DNA from: Octopus vulgaris
Lineage: Eukaryota
Assembly (NCBI GenBank): GCA_951406725.2
Contig: OX597832.1
Location: 31,248,001 to 31,312,000 of the forward strand
Direction of reading: 5' to 3'
DNA: 64,000 nt
Shown here: piece by piece, positions 12,106 through 24,300 of the stretch
Position numbering within the stretch: position 1 is the first letter of the stretch
How the letters are laid out: each line of letters opens with the position of its first letter
Program-made: the position numbers and the translations under genes
The notes under the pieces: model-generated
What the model was told of the DNA's origin: nothing
Databases searched by the model: none
The model's input: the letters and a program-made list of their open reading frames with translations, nothing else

Positions 12106-14080
12106 ATGTAAATTACGTCCTGGGTTCAAATTGCACCGAGGTCGACCTTGTCTTTCATCCTTTCTGGATCCATAAAATACCAATGGAACATTGGGTTCGT
12201 AATCGATTTACTTCTCGCCCCGAAATTGCTGGCATTGTGCCAAGATTCGAAATCAATATTTATTCTTAATCGATTCCGTGCATATGATGCTTCTTCAGTT
12301 TGGTTACGACCCACGACATTCTGATTTCAAATCCAGCCGAGGTGGATTTCACTTTTTTGACACTTGATTGGGGAAGTACCGATGCAGTGTAGAGCACAGC
12401 AGGAATTACTGAGCGTCTGAAGGGAGGCCTCGAGGGATCTGTGCCGGGTCTTGGGTGTGCTGAAGACCGGCGGTGACACAGGCGCACAATCGGTGGGGGG
12501 AAAAAACAACCACTAGCCTTCTATTATTATATATATAAAAAAGATCTTTAGTTTGCAGCCGACAGACGTGGCCAAACGCTGGCAGAAACAAGATTTAAGA
12601 TGAAGATTCTGGAAAGAGGAATTGCGATTTTGTGTCGACTCAAGAATTTCCCCTCCAGCATGGCCTACAATACTTTTTGTAAGGAAAACAACAAAACCTT
12701 AGCTTCGATTTCATTTCTCCGTCATAACTGTATCATGTGGGTGGGGTAACTTCAAACCCAAGTTAAGAATTTTCTAAGAGCATTTGGAACCAAACACCCT
12801 AGAGTTGTTCCTCCACCGTTTGTCTCAGAAGTGTTCTGTTACCACGGGACATTGAACTAGAGCACATTTTGATCTGGACCCCATTGTGGCACCCACTTCT
12901 ACTTTAGATCGAACATGTCAAAAGTTTACTGTTTCAGCCATCTTTATACCACCACCAGGACACGAATTCCCTTATCTGCTTGCTTGTTACCCTATCCAAG
13001 AGGCCATGTGCTGTATTGTACGAGTACGAAACAATGGCGTTATATATATCACATGTGGAGCGTTGGATGGGTCTGGTTACCAAACACCGAAATCAAATCC
13101 TGCTGCAGTGAACTTCTTGGAGCAAGTTTCTGAGAACCCTAACTATTGAAAGGGATTGATTTTATTAAAATGTCTTACCCCCACCATAAAATCGACTCAG
13201 TAACCCATCAACTTCTTCCTCCTTAGACACCTGGTTGATTTTAAGGCGAAGTATCAAGTGCTAAAAAACAAAAGCCTACTTTTAAAAGTATGGCAGTAAG
13301 ATATAGGTATTAGTTGCCACTCCTACACATTTGATCAGCATCAATCAATCCAGGTCGGTTGTAGACCTTAACAAGGCTTAATGTTAACCATTGGGCACCA
13401 CAAAGGGATATCTTTGCCAACATGTAGCTAAATAAATGGCTTTTGATTCCCCCACCCTTAACAAGATCTCTTCTGCTGAATGGCTCTCAGTATGCACCCC
13501 GCCCACCCATTCTCTTTTTTACTTGTGGTGGCAAAGAGCATTTCTCTCTCAAAATCATATCAAAGCCAAAAACAATGCTCAGAGAAATTAAGCTACATGT
13601 GGTCCATGGAGCGCAGCAAGTTTTAATGTGCCATATCTAAACATTCAGATCCTCTGATCTTCTACAGAGTGTCATGGATGTTAACAGGTTTCAGGTGTTG
13701 CCAACCAGTAATGATATAAAATATTAGACTTCTAGGTATACTGTGAACCTCAGATCTAATTCCAGGAGACATGGAAAAGATAATCATTGTGGGGAGGGGG
13801 GAAGGCTTTTCCTTGACCACCAAATGTAAATTTAAATTTGTCAAAGCCTGTCTAAATTTGGGATATTGTCTAAAACCAAGTTTGTAATTAATTCCAGATA
13901 ACAGCAGACTTCCACTAGTCTTGGAGTCACCAGTTCTTGTATTTAAAATATCTTGAATGTGAAAACGGTTCATTTGCAACACACGGAAACACACGTCTCC
14001 CCAAGTCTTATGAAAAAAAAAAAAAGTTTCTTGGTTGTGTAATTTTAAATCTAACATTGAATAAATTTTCTCTAAAAAAA

Positions 14081-17000
14081 TTTATTCAATATCAAGAATT
14101 AAAATGGTTTTTGCCATCCTTCAAAAAGAAGGTAACTTGAAACGAAAATTCTCATGTTTATAACAGTAATTCACTTCACTGTTCAATTATTCCTTGTAAA
14201 AAAAAAAAAAAACCCAGATGTTTTTTGTGGGGGGTGGGGAAGGTTCTTGAAAGGGAAAAGATAAAATACCTGGCCGCCAAGTTAAACTGTCAGGATGCTG
14301 CGCCTCACCATTCTAGGTTTTTCACTTGTTTGTACTAACTACACACAGCTGTTGGATGTACAACTATTTCTAAGCCTGCAATCTTATAAACCTCTTTTCA
14401 TATAATTTGCCTCATTGTTGAAAGTACCTGCTCTGGTCATTTAACAAAAATTGGAATACTCCACTTCTGATCTTTTAACTTTTTTCCTTTTTTTGAGTAT
14501 CACAGTATGGTCATTGACATCCCAGAGATAGAAGTATGTTAAATGTGTAAGGAAAGATATATATAGACAAATGTGTGTGTTTGTTGTGTGTGTAACATCT
14601 AATGCTAATAATATTTTAGGTTTTAGCCCACTAATTAAAGCACTTGCCAAACAAATGCAACTAAGGAAAAGTTCTATTTGGATGGAAAATGGCTTGAAAA
14701 TGGTAAGATTCTAAATAATAATAATAATAATAATGAAGCAAGAAGTTGATGAATAAAGAGTAAAAAAAAAAAAAAAAAACTTAAGTCATAGGAAAAAAGT
14801 GTAGCTGAGGAAAGAATGGAACTTTGTTTCCCTAATAGAGGGCACCGTGAATGAGGAAGCACCAATCAGATTCAAGAAGAGGATTCAACATGTGTAAGTC
14901 TTCCAAATACACAACTCGTCAGCTTTACTCTTTAAGCAGGGAATTTGTCATATTAAAGGATTACTGCTTTAATCTCTGGGAACAAAACCATAATTAAGTT
15001 TAAGGGTCATTTAGAAATGGAAAGTGACCCAAAGGAAAGAAACATTGTAATGATTTACAAGCTCAAAGTTGGCGCTTCCCCATTTGATGGCATGGGGAAA
15101 AAAAGGTGGAGTAGAAGCAACAACAGTAGTAGTAGTAGTAATAGTAGTAGCAGCAGCAGCAGCAACAGTAGTAGAGAAGTAGAAAAAAATCGAGTGATTT
15201 TGCTGTAACTTTTGAAAATTGGTCAGATCATGGAAGAGTAGTAGTAGTAGTAATAAAATAACGGAATGAAGTGGAACAGGTAGTGGTAGTAGTAGTAGTA
15301 GGTAGAGTTCAGCGGTTGATGGATGAATGAAGAAAAGTTGAGAACAGTTTTTGCAGCAGGAGGAAGAAGATGAAGCTGAAAGAGAGTATGGTTTTATAGG
15401 CACAGACGGAGGAGAAGACAGAGAGAAGCACTTGAAAGAAGTTTTAATAGCACAAGAAAAAAAAAAAAATAATAATAATAAAAAATAAATGATACAATAG
15501 CAATCAGGTCACAGAAGTAAACAGTAATAGTAGTAGTAGTGGTAGTAGTAGTAGTAGTAGTCATAATAGACAAGAGTAAAAAGTACAGTTGTTGCTGGCT
15601 AGCAATAGTAGTAGTAGTAGTAGTAGTAGGTAGAAGTTTAAATGAAAAGTGAACACAAATGATAGAAAAAATGAAATGGTGAAAAAGAAAAAAAGGAAAA
15701 AAATAAGCAAGTATATAGAATTAAGACACTGTATATATGTGTATATATGTGTATATATATATATATATAGAACAGTAAAAGGTGTGCTTAAAACTAGTTC
15801 AGAGAAATTGTGGTTAAAAGAACGTATAGTAATTAATAATAATAGAGGTAAGATAGAGTTTCAGTGGAAGAGGGAGGGGGCGGCGACAGGGCAGGAAGGA
15901 CCTTTTTTTTTGGCGTTTTCGCATATTTTTTTTTAAAGCTTTTTGTTGTTGTTGTTGCAAGTATTTTTTTTTTCCAAAGAAAGCTGAAACACGGATTACT
16001 TTTAAAAGAAGGGGCAGAGGAGAAAATGGGAGAGAAAAGGGGGTCTTTTTTTTTTTCATTTTTTTATGTTGCTAAAGCAAAAATATAATAATATTAATAA
16101 TAATAATGAAGTAATATATGTATGTAAACACCTCCAATTAAGTTGTGTGCTTGGCAAATGGAACACCACTCAACAGTTAATTACAAAACCATATACTTTA
16201 ATAATTTCACTTTTACATTTTATACATTTTTATGGGAACTGTAGTGTTTTTTTTTTATTTTCAAATATTTTTTTTTTGTCATCCAATGTTGTTTGGGAAA
16301 AGATTTCAGCTGGTTCTTTCAAAATATGTCTTTTTTTTTTTTAAAGAACTGAAAAACCTCTAGGCAGTGCAAGAAGAAAAAAGTGATTATTATTATTATT
16401 ATTAAGGTAAGATTGAAGAAAGGAAAAAGAAAATGCTAAAAAAAAAAAAACAAAAATCAAAAGAACCCCAGTGAATTTTACGTATAAATTAAACTCACGG
16501 CTATTAATATATATATAAATAAATATAAATATATATATATATATAAAAGAAAAACTACCATATTTTTTGTTCCCATGGGATAAAAAAACAAAAAAAACAA
16601 AAAACAAACCAACCAAACAACCCCGAACCATCCAGCACCCACAGGTTCTAAATGCAGACATCCCCCAGTCTAATCCAAGAGCTCAACCTCATGCAAGAAT
16701 GGCCAACAGAGGTGGAAAGAAAGAAAGAAAGAACTCAAAATGCTAAAAACGTAAGAGTGGTGGTGGTGGTGGGGAACTAGGATTCTTGAAAATAGAAGAA
16801 GTGAATGGTTGCCGATCAATTGTAGAGGGGGGGGGACTGGATTCATGGATTTATATTTGAAGATAGGATGTTGAAGAGACACCAAAGATCAGTCTGCAGA
16901 TGGGGTGGGGGTATTTAATTGTAATAATCCTCCCTCCCACCCCGATTAAAGTCTGCAATGAGAGAGTGCAAGTGTGTGGTGTGTGTGTGTGTAGAGGTGG

Positions 17001-17429
17001 TGTTGAAGCCAGAAGAATGACAAGAAATGGTGTTAAAAATGAAACCCACCCCCTCACCCATTTGTCATGTTGAGATATAAAAAAAGATTTTTTTTTTTTA
17101 GAATCAAACACACACACAACAATAATAATTAACTAGAAAATATGAATTCACTTTCTAAAATGGGAAAAAGTTTGCCAAGAAGAAGAAAGCGTGAGGAGTA
17201 GAGAATAGAAAGAAAGAGAAGACCTTTGAGAGAAAACGAAGGACAAAGAGAAGCCGAGAAAGAAGACAAAGTCATTTACTAAAAGAGGAAGAAGGAAAAT
17301 AAAGAGAGAGAGAGAGGACAAAACATGAGCGAGAGAGAGAGAGAGGAGAGAGAGAACTTAAAACCATGATGAGCTGCCAAAAATTGAAAGAAAAAAAGCA
17401 AAAAAAAGGATGAAATCAGCAGCAGCAGC

Positions 17430-17463
<34 letters not shown>

Positions 17464-17645
17464 AGAGTTGATAAAATTAAATTTAAAGATAAAATAGTAA
17501 TTTTAGCAAAGTTAGAATTTTGCTCTTGTTTTTAATAGACTAATAATAATAATAATAATAATAAAGAAATGTAAATAATGAGGTTGTCTTTCTAAGCTGG
17601 GGTTTTTAATCTGTTGGATATCATCTTTAAATCAGGTTTATCTAC

Positions 17646-17685
<40 letters not shown>

Positions 17686-17998
17686 TAGATAGAGAAAGGG
17701 GTGCGTCCTGTGTGGAGCGAGGGGGAGGGAGAGAATAATAAACAGCAGCCATCTGTTTCACCTGAGGTCGGTGGAGGAGAAGAAGCAGCCGTCGTCATCA
17801 TCAGAGAGAGAAGTCAAAATGTGACAGAGTTTGACAAATGGAGGAGGAGGAGGAGTGGTGGAGGGTAAGAGTGCATTTTAAGATGATTAAAAACGAACAT
17901 TTTGTCCCTGTTTTAAAACCCGTTCCCAATTTAAAAGGTAATTCCGCTCCTTCTGCATAAATAGAAACAGTGTGTGTGTGTGTGTATATATATATAGT

Positions 17999-18036
<38 letters not shown>

Positions 18037-21000
18037 CACGATATACGTACATAAAGCAATCTTAGTCATCTTGACTAAAGATTGAGAATGCAAGAAGGGA
18101 AAAGACAAGGAAAACATTGGAGGGTGAAGGCAGCATTTGCGTCCTAGGTTTTTTCTTTTTTGAAAATTCTTTAGTCAATGTTAATCTCAATCAACACTGA
18201 CTCCCACAGAAAGAGAGGGATGCGGGTGTGCGGAGCAACAGGGAGGGAGGGCTGGGTGTGGGGGTTGGGGGTATGCCAAGTGAAGAAGCTAAGAGAAGCT
18301 GAAGGAAGGAAGGAGAGATAGATTTCAGAAATGTACCGAGTCACCACGAGCGACAGAGGCCACTTGGAACCCAGTGGTAAATGGTAGGATGTGGAATGGT
18401 AGAAAGCCTATCTTTTCAGTCAGATATGGCCAATGGTGGTAACAATATCGAATAGAATCACACACACTTTCGCAATCAAACTTCTCCATTTCCCTCACTT
18501 TTCCACAATCAATCTTTCACTCAAATATTCAATCTTTTTTTAATGTATACAGATATATATATATTTAGATTATTTTTTTAAAAAGATTTTCAAGTTTTTT
18601 TTTTATACATATAAGTTTCCATTTTAAAATTTTTTGGTTAAATTCTTTCTTTTAAAATCTTCTACAAGATAGACTCTCAAATTGCAAAAATATATATATA
18701 TATATTATTATATTTTAATATTTATACAAACCCCAACAAGGTCTGTGGTTTCAAATACTTGATAATGCAAAAATAGGATGAAGTATAAAATTACAACTAG
18801 GGCTGCCAAACTGGGGAAGCAGAACCAATGGGGTTTGAAAATTCTCTCTCTTTCTTTCTCACTCTCTCTCTCTTTCTCTCTCAAACTATGATAAGCTAAC
18901 AAGGGGAAGAACTTCAAAGACCCACAAAGTTTGAGACTTGGCTGTGAATATAACTGTGCACAAGATTTGAAACAAGTTTCCGTTGCCATCCTCACCGCTG
19001 CGAGTCCCAACAGACCTCAAGTTTGCAAATCGCACACAACAGACGACCTAAAAAATAACCATCAATATTTTCTTCTACGTCAACCTAGCTTGGGATAAAG
19101 CCCTACCAGCACCAAACAAAAGCCAATACATTGAGCATCAAAGTGGTGGTCAGTAGATGGAGAGGATTATAAAGCACAAAGAAAAATCACCACATGATGG
19201 CAGCATCCTTTTACATCTTAATATCCACAAAGCCAATTTATTATATACATACATATGACATATACGCATACATACATATATGATAATGGGGAGTAAGAGA
19301 TAGCGAGAACTGAACCTAAAGCCAAGCTATTGACTACATCCAACAAAACTCTTCGTGTAATGGTAGACTTATCCTTGTTTGCTTTTTTTTAAAAGTGATG
19401 ACTGTTCCAAACATGTAAAGCAACAGCACTGTGTGTGGGAGTGGGTTTAGATGGCACAGTGCAAAGCGGAAGAGAGTGAAACTGCAAGGTTTAGGACCGA
19501 GGGAGGGAGAGGTGCAAGAATTGCAGGCAAGAAAATGTGGACAAACTAAAAGCAAATATTTGAAATCAGGTAAAAAAACAAAAGACATAAGCTGGGTCTA
19601 TTCTTCCCAAAAGTTAGTAACTCCACACGAAGCCATCAACATTCACTCCAAAGAAAGGGAAGGGGTATTGGGCAGGGGGGTGCCGAGCTGGAACACTAAA
19701 TCATCCTAACTGAAAATGGCAGGCCATTCTGATAAAGTGGTTTCGCCTCTTCTATAGCAACTAAGACACACAAAGGCCACAGTTAATATTGTCCAGGAGC
19801 AGGCCAGTCTGATAGAGAGAAGAGAAATTAGATGAAAACAACAAAAAAAAACAAAAGGGGAGGGGTGCAAACCCCAACCAGGGCATGGGACCCCACCCCG
19901 TAAAAAAAAAATTCCAACCTAAATCTTGAGGACTTACCTATGTAATATGTTAACAGAAGTTTAATTCTTGGAGGCAGCAAAACCTATTTAATTTTGTTGT
20001 TTTTATCAATCCTAGAGAAAAATAAAAAAATCCAAGTTCCTCTTTTATATTTTCAAAAACCTTGAAGGCCCTCACCAAACTAACTGCACACACAAGAACA
20101 GAGTGGCTCTCCACTTAACCAACCAAACTTGCCTAATTAATGATTAACCATTAACATCACCACCATCATCATCATTGTTGTTGTTGTTGTCTTAGGCCAT
20201 TCTCCTCCGCCATCTACCACTGAACAAGCTGTACTATCAAATTGGCTGGTTGACATCTTTTTATTAAAATATATTTTAAGACTTTTGAGGATTAATAATG
20301 GGATGAACACCAGAATAGGTCCTGTAAGTTTTGTTTGTTGTTTTTTTTTCTGAAAGTTTTTTTTTGTTTTTTTTCCGAGTGTTGTGTGAAAGGAAGAATT
20401 GAGAGAAAAAAAAGACAAAAGAAAAGTTCAAGTGTCACAAGGAGTTGGGGGGAGGGGGAGGTGCCATCAGCAGTGGGAGGGAGGGAGGGAGAAAGGGAAA
20501 TTAGAGACAGCAGGGCGCCGCTCACCCAAAACAGCCAGTTCACCATTCTTAGCTTTGTGTGCCGCAAACACTAAGTGTAAAGATAATTTAAGATTTTTAT
20601 ATATTTTTATGGGGGGAAAAAAAAAAGGAACAAATTAAAAAATCCCAGGAAGATAAAAAAATAAAATAAAAAATAGTGAGGGGAAAGAAAAAAAGACAAA
20701 AATCATTTTCACCCCCCACCCACCTTTGAATGAAAATTATATTTTTTTCCTTTTATTTTTCATCTGTTTGCCCAATATTCCTGTCTTTAGTGGTGGTCAT
20801 TATCCCATACCAGCGGTCACAAATGGAATTTTTCACATAGGGAAGGTCAGGGGGGAGAGAGGGGAGGGGGGAAATCTTTATGATTTTTCTGTAGCTTAAG
20901 AATTGATGAATATTTTTTTTCTTTTCTTCTCTTGTTTATAATATTTTCTTTTTGGAGGGGAGGGGGCAAATCCTTGGATTCAACAAGGCACTTATCAGCT

Positions 21001-21279
21001 AGATTAATTTCACAGCAAAGTGGAAAACTTTTAAGTGAGCAAGCAAACAAATGAGAGGACAGGTCTGTGGTATGAAAATGGCGTGTGTGTGTGTGTACGT
21101 GTATGTGTGTGTGTGTGTGTGTAGAGCACTGGCAAATGTGTTTGTTTGCAAGTGCTGCTCCTGGTGGCTCTTCTTGGTCATGTTTCTGCTGTAGTGCAGT
21201 GGCACAATACTGGGCTCAACAGCTGCTGGGTGATGGCACCACTGCTCCATCTGCCGCTCGCAACAACACCCTCATAGCT
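14081..21279 (-). other. Putative long 3' UTR of PTB (end uncertain; several AATAAA candidates)
   Basis: Follows the stop codon, is U/C-rich on the minus strand and has no recognisable SINE. Minus-strand AATAAA at 20752-20757, 20260-20265, 19237-19242, 16254-16259 and 14081-14086. Confidence 0.45.
20985..20991 (-). promoter_or_regulatory. miR-124 7mer-m8 seed match (GTGCCTT) in the proximal 3' UTR
   Basis: Plus-strand aaggcac is complementary on the mRNA strand to miR-124 seed nt 2-8 (AAGGCAC); ~290 nt after the stop codon. Confidence 0.45.
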
Positions 21280-21348
21280 TCAAATTGTTGACTTGGAAAA
21301 TGAAACACGCAAATGATTGCTTTCACTCAAAGGATAGTTGTGGAGGCA
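21280..21348 (-). CDS. PTBP1: PTB terminal coding exon ([22 protein letters not shown])
   Basis: tttgcag|TGC CTC CAC...ATT TGA; C-terminus matches the PTB family end [11 protein letters not shown]. Confidence 0.97.
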   Translation of the reverse strand, partial: CLHNYPLSESNHLRVSFSKSTI

Positions 21349-24300
21349 CTGCAAAGAGAGAGAGAAAGAGAGGAAGAAAAAAAAGAAGAGCATTCGGTTA
21401 GGATTTCCAGAATTAACCCAAGGATTAGGCTTTTTTTTTTTTAAATGGGACGTTGACAAAAGCTTGAGGGGGGGAGGGAAGAAAGGGGGGAAAAAAGAAA
21501 AGGGAGCTTTGCATTCAGTGACCAACTCAGTGTATTTGATGGCAGACAAAATACATGGCACTACTTGGATGCACGATTTCAGCAGGTGAAAAAAAAAAAT
21601 GTACAACCAGGGATAAGATTAACTTATAGGAGTTCCAACTCTGCATGTAGGTACCCAGGGTGGTTTTCTTTTAATTTTTCTTTTGGGGTGGGGGGTGTCT
21701 TCAATGCTATCAAAGAAAGTAGCTTAGACAGTTACCAGGATTGTTAAAGGTTTCTTGCTCAACTTAGGGAATTCTATTCTACATAAGCACCAGCTACATG
21801 TTGCATCCCTAAGGATTTTGAAGAGCAAGAATATAGTGTACCACATCAGTCATGAGCGCCATGGTTAGAAGGGGTAAGAATAGCACAAGGTACAGACAGG
21901 GCAAAGCATGAATCAGGTTAAGGAGAAACAAATACTTACAATAAGAGCTTTCACAGCTTCTTCAATGGATCCCATTTGGATGAGGGCCATTTTCCTGTCT
22001 TTCCTAGAAGGAAAAAAAAAAAAAGGAAAAAATTTTATAAATACTTTTCTCAAAAACTATAAATACAGACAATGAGTTTTAACTCCTCCACTTAATCCTA
22101 TAACATTGATATTACGCTTAATTGTTTGGAATTATCTCTCAGTTTCAAGATCTTAAAATAACATTGTAGGGCAGGTGGGAAAGACTAGATCTGGCCAGTT
22201 TGAATGTAAGAACAGGTTAAATATTTTGGCCAATCAAAAGTACTGGTAGACGAAGCACTAAATCATCACCATTCATTGTCCATTCCACCCTCCAACTCCC
22301 ATGCAAAGGATGGGCCAGACAGTTCGACAGGATCTGGGTGGGCTGAGGGGCTGCCTCAATTTCCAGTGCCAGCCAGGGAATGGGTCCTTTGTGGCTGGAC
22401 ACCCTTCCTAATGCCAACCAATTTACAGTTTGTACTGAACGGGCATCTTTTTCTGCTGCTGGCACCAACGAAATCACTAAGTAACTTGCAACAAAAAAAC
22501 CAAAAAAAAAAACCATTCAACGAAGGAGAGGAGGGGGTGCGTTTGTGTCAGGGTAAAGTATTGTGGACAAACAAGCGCAGGCATATTGCTACAGGAAAGA
22601 TAGCAGAGCTGCCCAGCATTATATAAAGGCGAGTGGGGTGACTTCCGAAACAGTCTACATGGGTCCATCATTAAATACCATTATTTATTAACAGCAAACA
22701 CTGAAGTGAAATAACTCTAAATAATTAGTAAATATATTAGTGTGTAGAGTAACAGCAGCCATATTAATAAGTGAAAGGACAACATGGGAGCCATGATGCA
22801 GTCACATGATGAGGGGTGGCCAAACCTTAAATCACACACTCGTCTACACTGAGCATTGAAACCTTTGGTAAGATAAGAATTTTGGTCATTGGCAAAAGCA
22901 GTCAAGAGAGATTAGGTCTTACGCCTGCTTTTCCATGCCAGCATGGGTTAGATAGCATTGGCTCACAGCCTGATGCCTTTCCTCTCACTAACCACATTTT
23001 TAAGTAAGAAAGATGTTACTCCACATGGCATTGAAAGCATGAAGCAGATGATGGACAGTTTCTAGTGAAGAGCACTGACCACCTTACCAAACTGGACACT
23101 CAGTTCCTATTGATCCAATCAACTGAGCACTCCAGACATGCCCCACCCACCCCAACCAAATGTAGTTCTCAAAAAAGGACAGCACAACTACATGAAGTGT
23201 GGCAATTACAGGTACAACACATTTCGGCCAGTCGAGTGGACAGGAGCAATGTGAGGAATTGAACCCACGGTCTTAAAATTGCGAGCTAAACACAGCAACT
23301 ACAGTCACATGCCAATGGAATCAGATACAGGCACAAACACACACATAGAAAGATCCTTCAGTTTCTGCCCACGAAATCCCCACTGGCAAGGCTTTGGTTG
23401 GCCCAGAACTATTAGAGACGACATTTGGCCAAGGTGCAGTGCAGTGGGAGTGAACCTGGAAGCAGGGGATTGGGAAATGAACGTCTTAAACCACCCCTGG
23501 CCCAGCCTTCATAAATAAAGAGAGAGGAAACAAAATACTTACGGAAAGAATTTGAACCCTTTTACAGTGCCATATTCAGCAAACATATCTTTGAGCTGTT
23601 CTTCAGGAACATTAGATCTGAAGAGGGTAAAATGAGAGGGATTCAAGGAATGGAAGAAAACATGAGCAGAAGTGAAATATTCAGGAAGATTTGGAGCCGG
23701 AAGAAAGTGGGTCCGGGGATACTCACGGAATGTTAGATAAATGCAAAACTGCTGAGGGGGGGAATATATTCTGACAGTTCTTTGAGCCAGGTCGCTTGAA
23801 TCTGTGGAGTGGGGAATTTGTGTAGTCTCTTGTTAAGCCGGAATCCTGCAACGAGAACCAAGCAATAGCAGAATGATACAAGAAAAAACAAAACCGATTA
23901 ATTTCAAATTTCAAGTGAAATCCATCAATGCCAACGGATAGATATTTGCTACCTGCTGGCCTTCCTTGGGCATCTGGACCACTGTGTGTTTGGAGGGAGC
24001 CACCCTGATCTGTTTGCCATACAAAGTCAGCTTATCCAGGTAAGTTTTGGCTGAAACAGAGAGAAAGAGAGAAAATGAAACATTAGAGGCGTTTTGTGTG
24101 TGTGTGGGGGGTCAGGGTCGGAAAGGATTTAAGTTGATAAATTACAACCGGAACAGCCAAAGAGTGAGGGGGGGGACGGAGGAGAGAACTTACCTAATTG
24201 AGCATGGTGAGGCTCCGCCATTTGTACCAGTGCATTATCCTTCTTGTTGAAAAGGATTTTCACGCGTTGCACATCACCGTACACACCTAGTAAAATAAAA

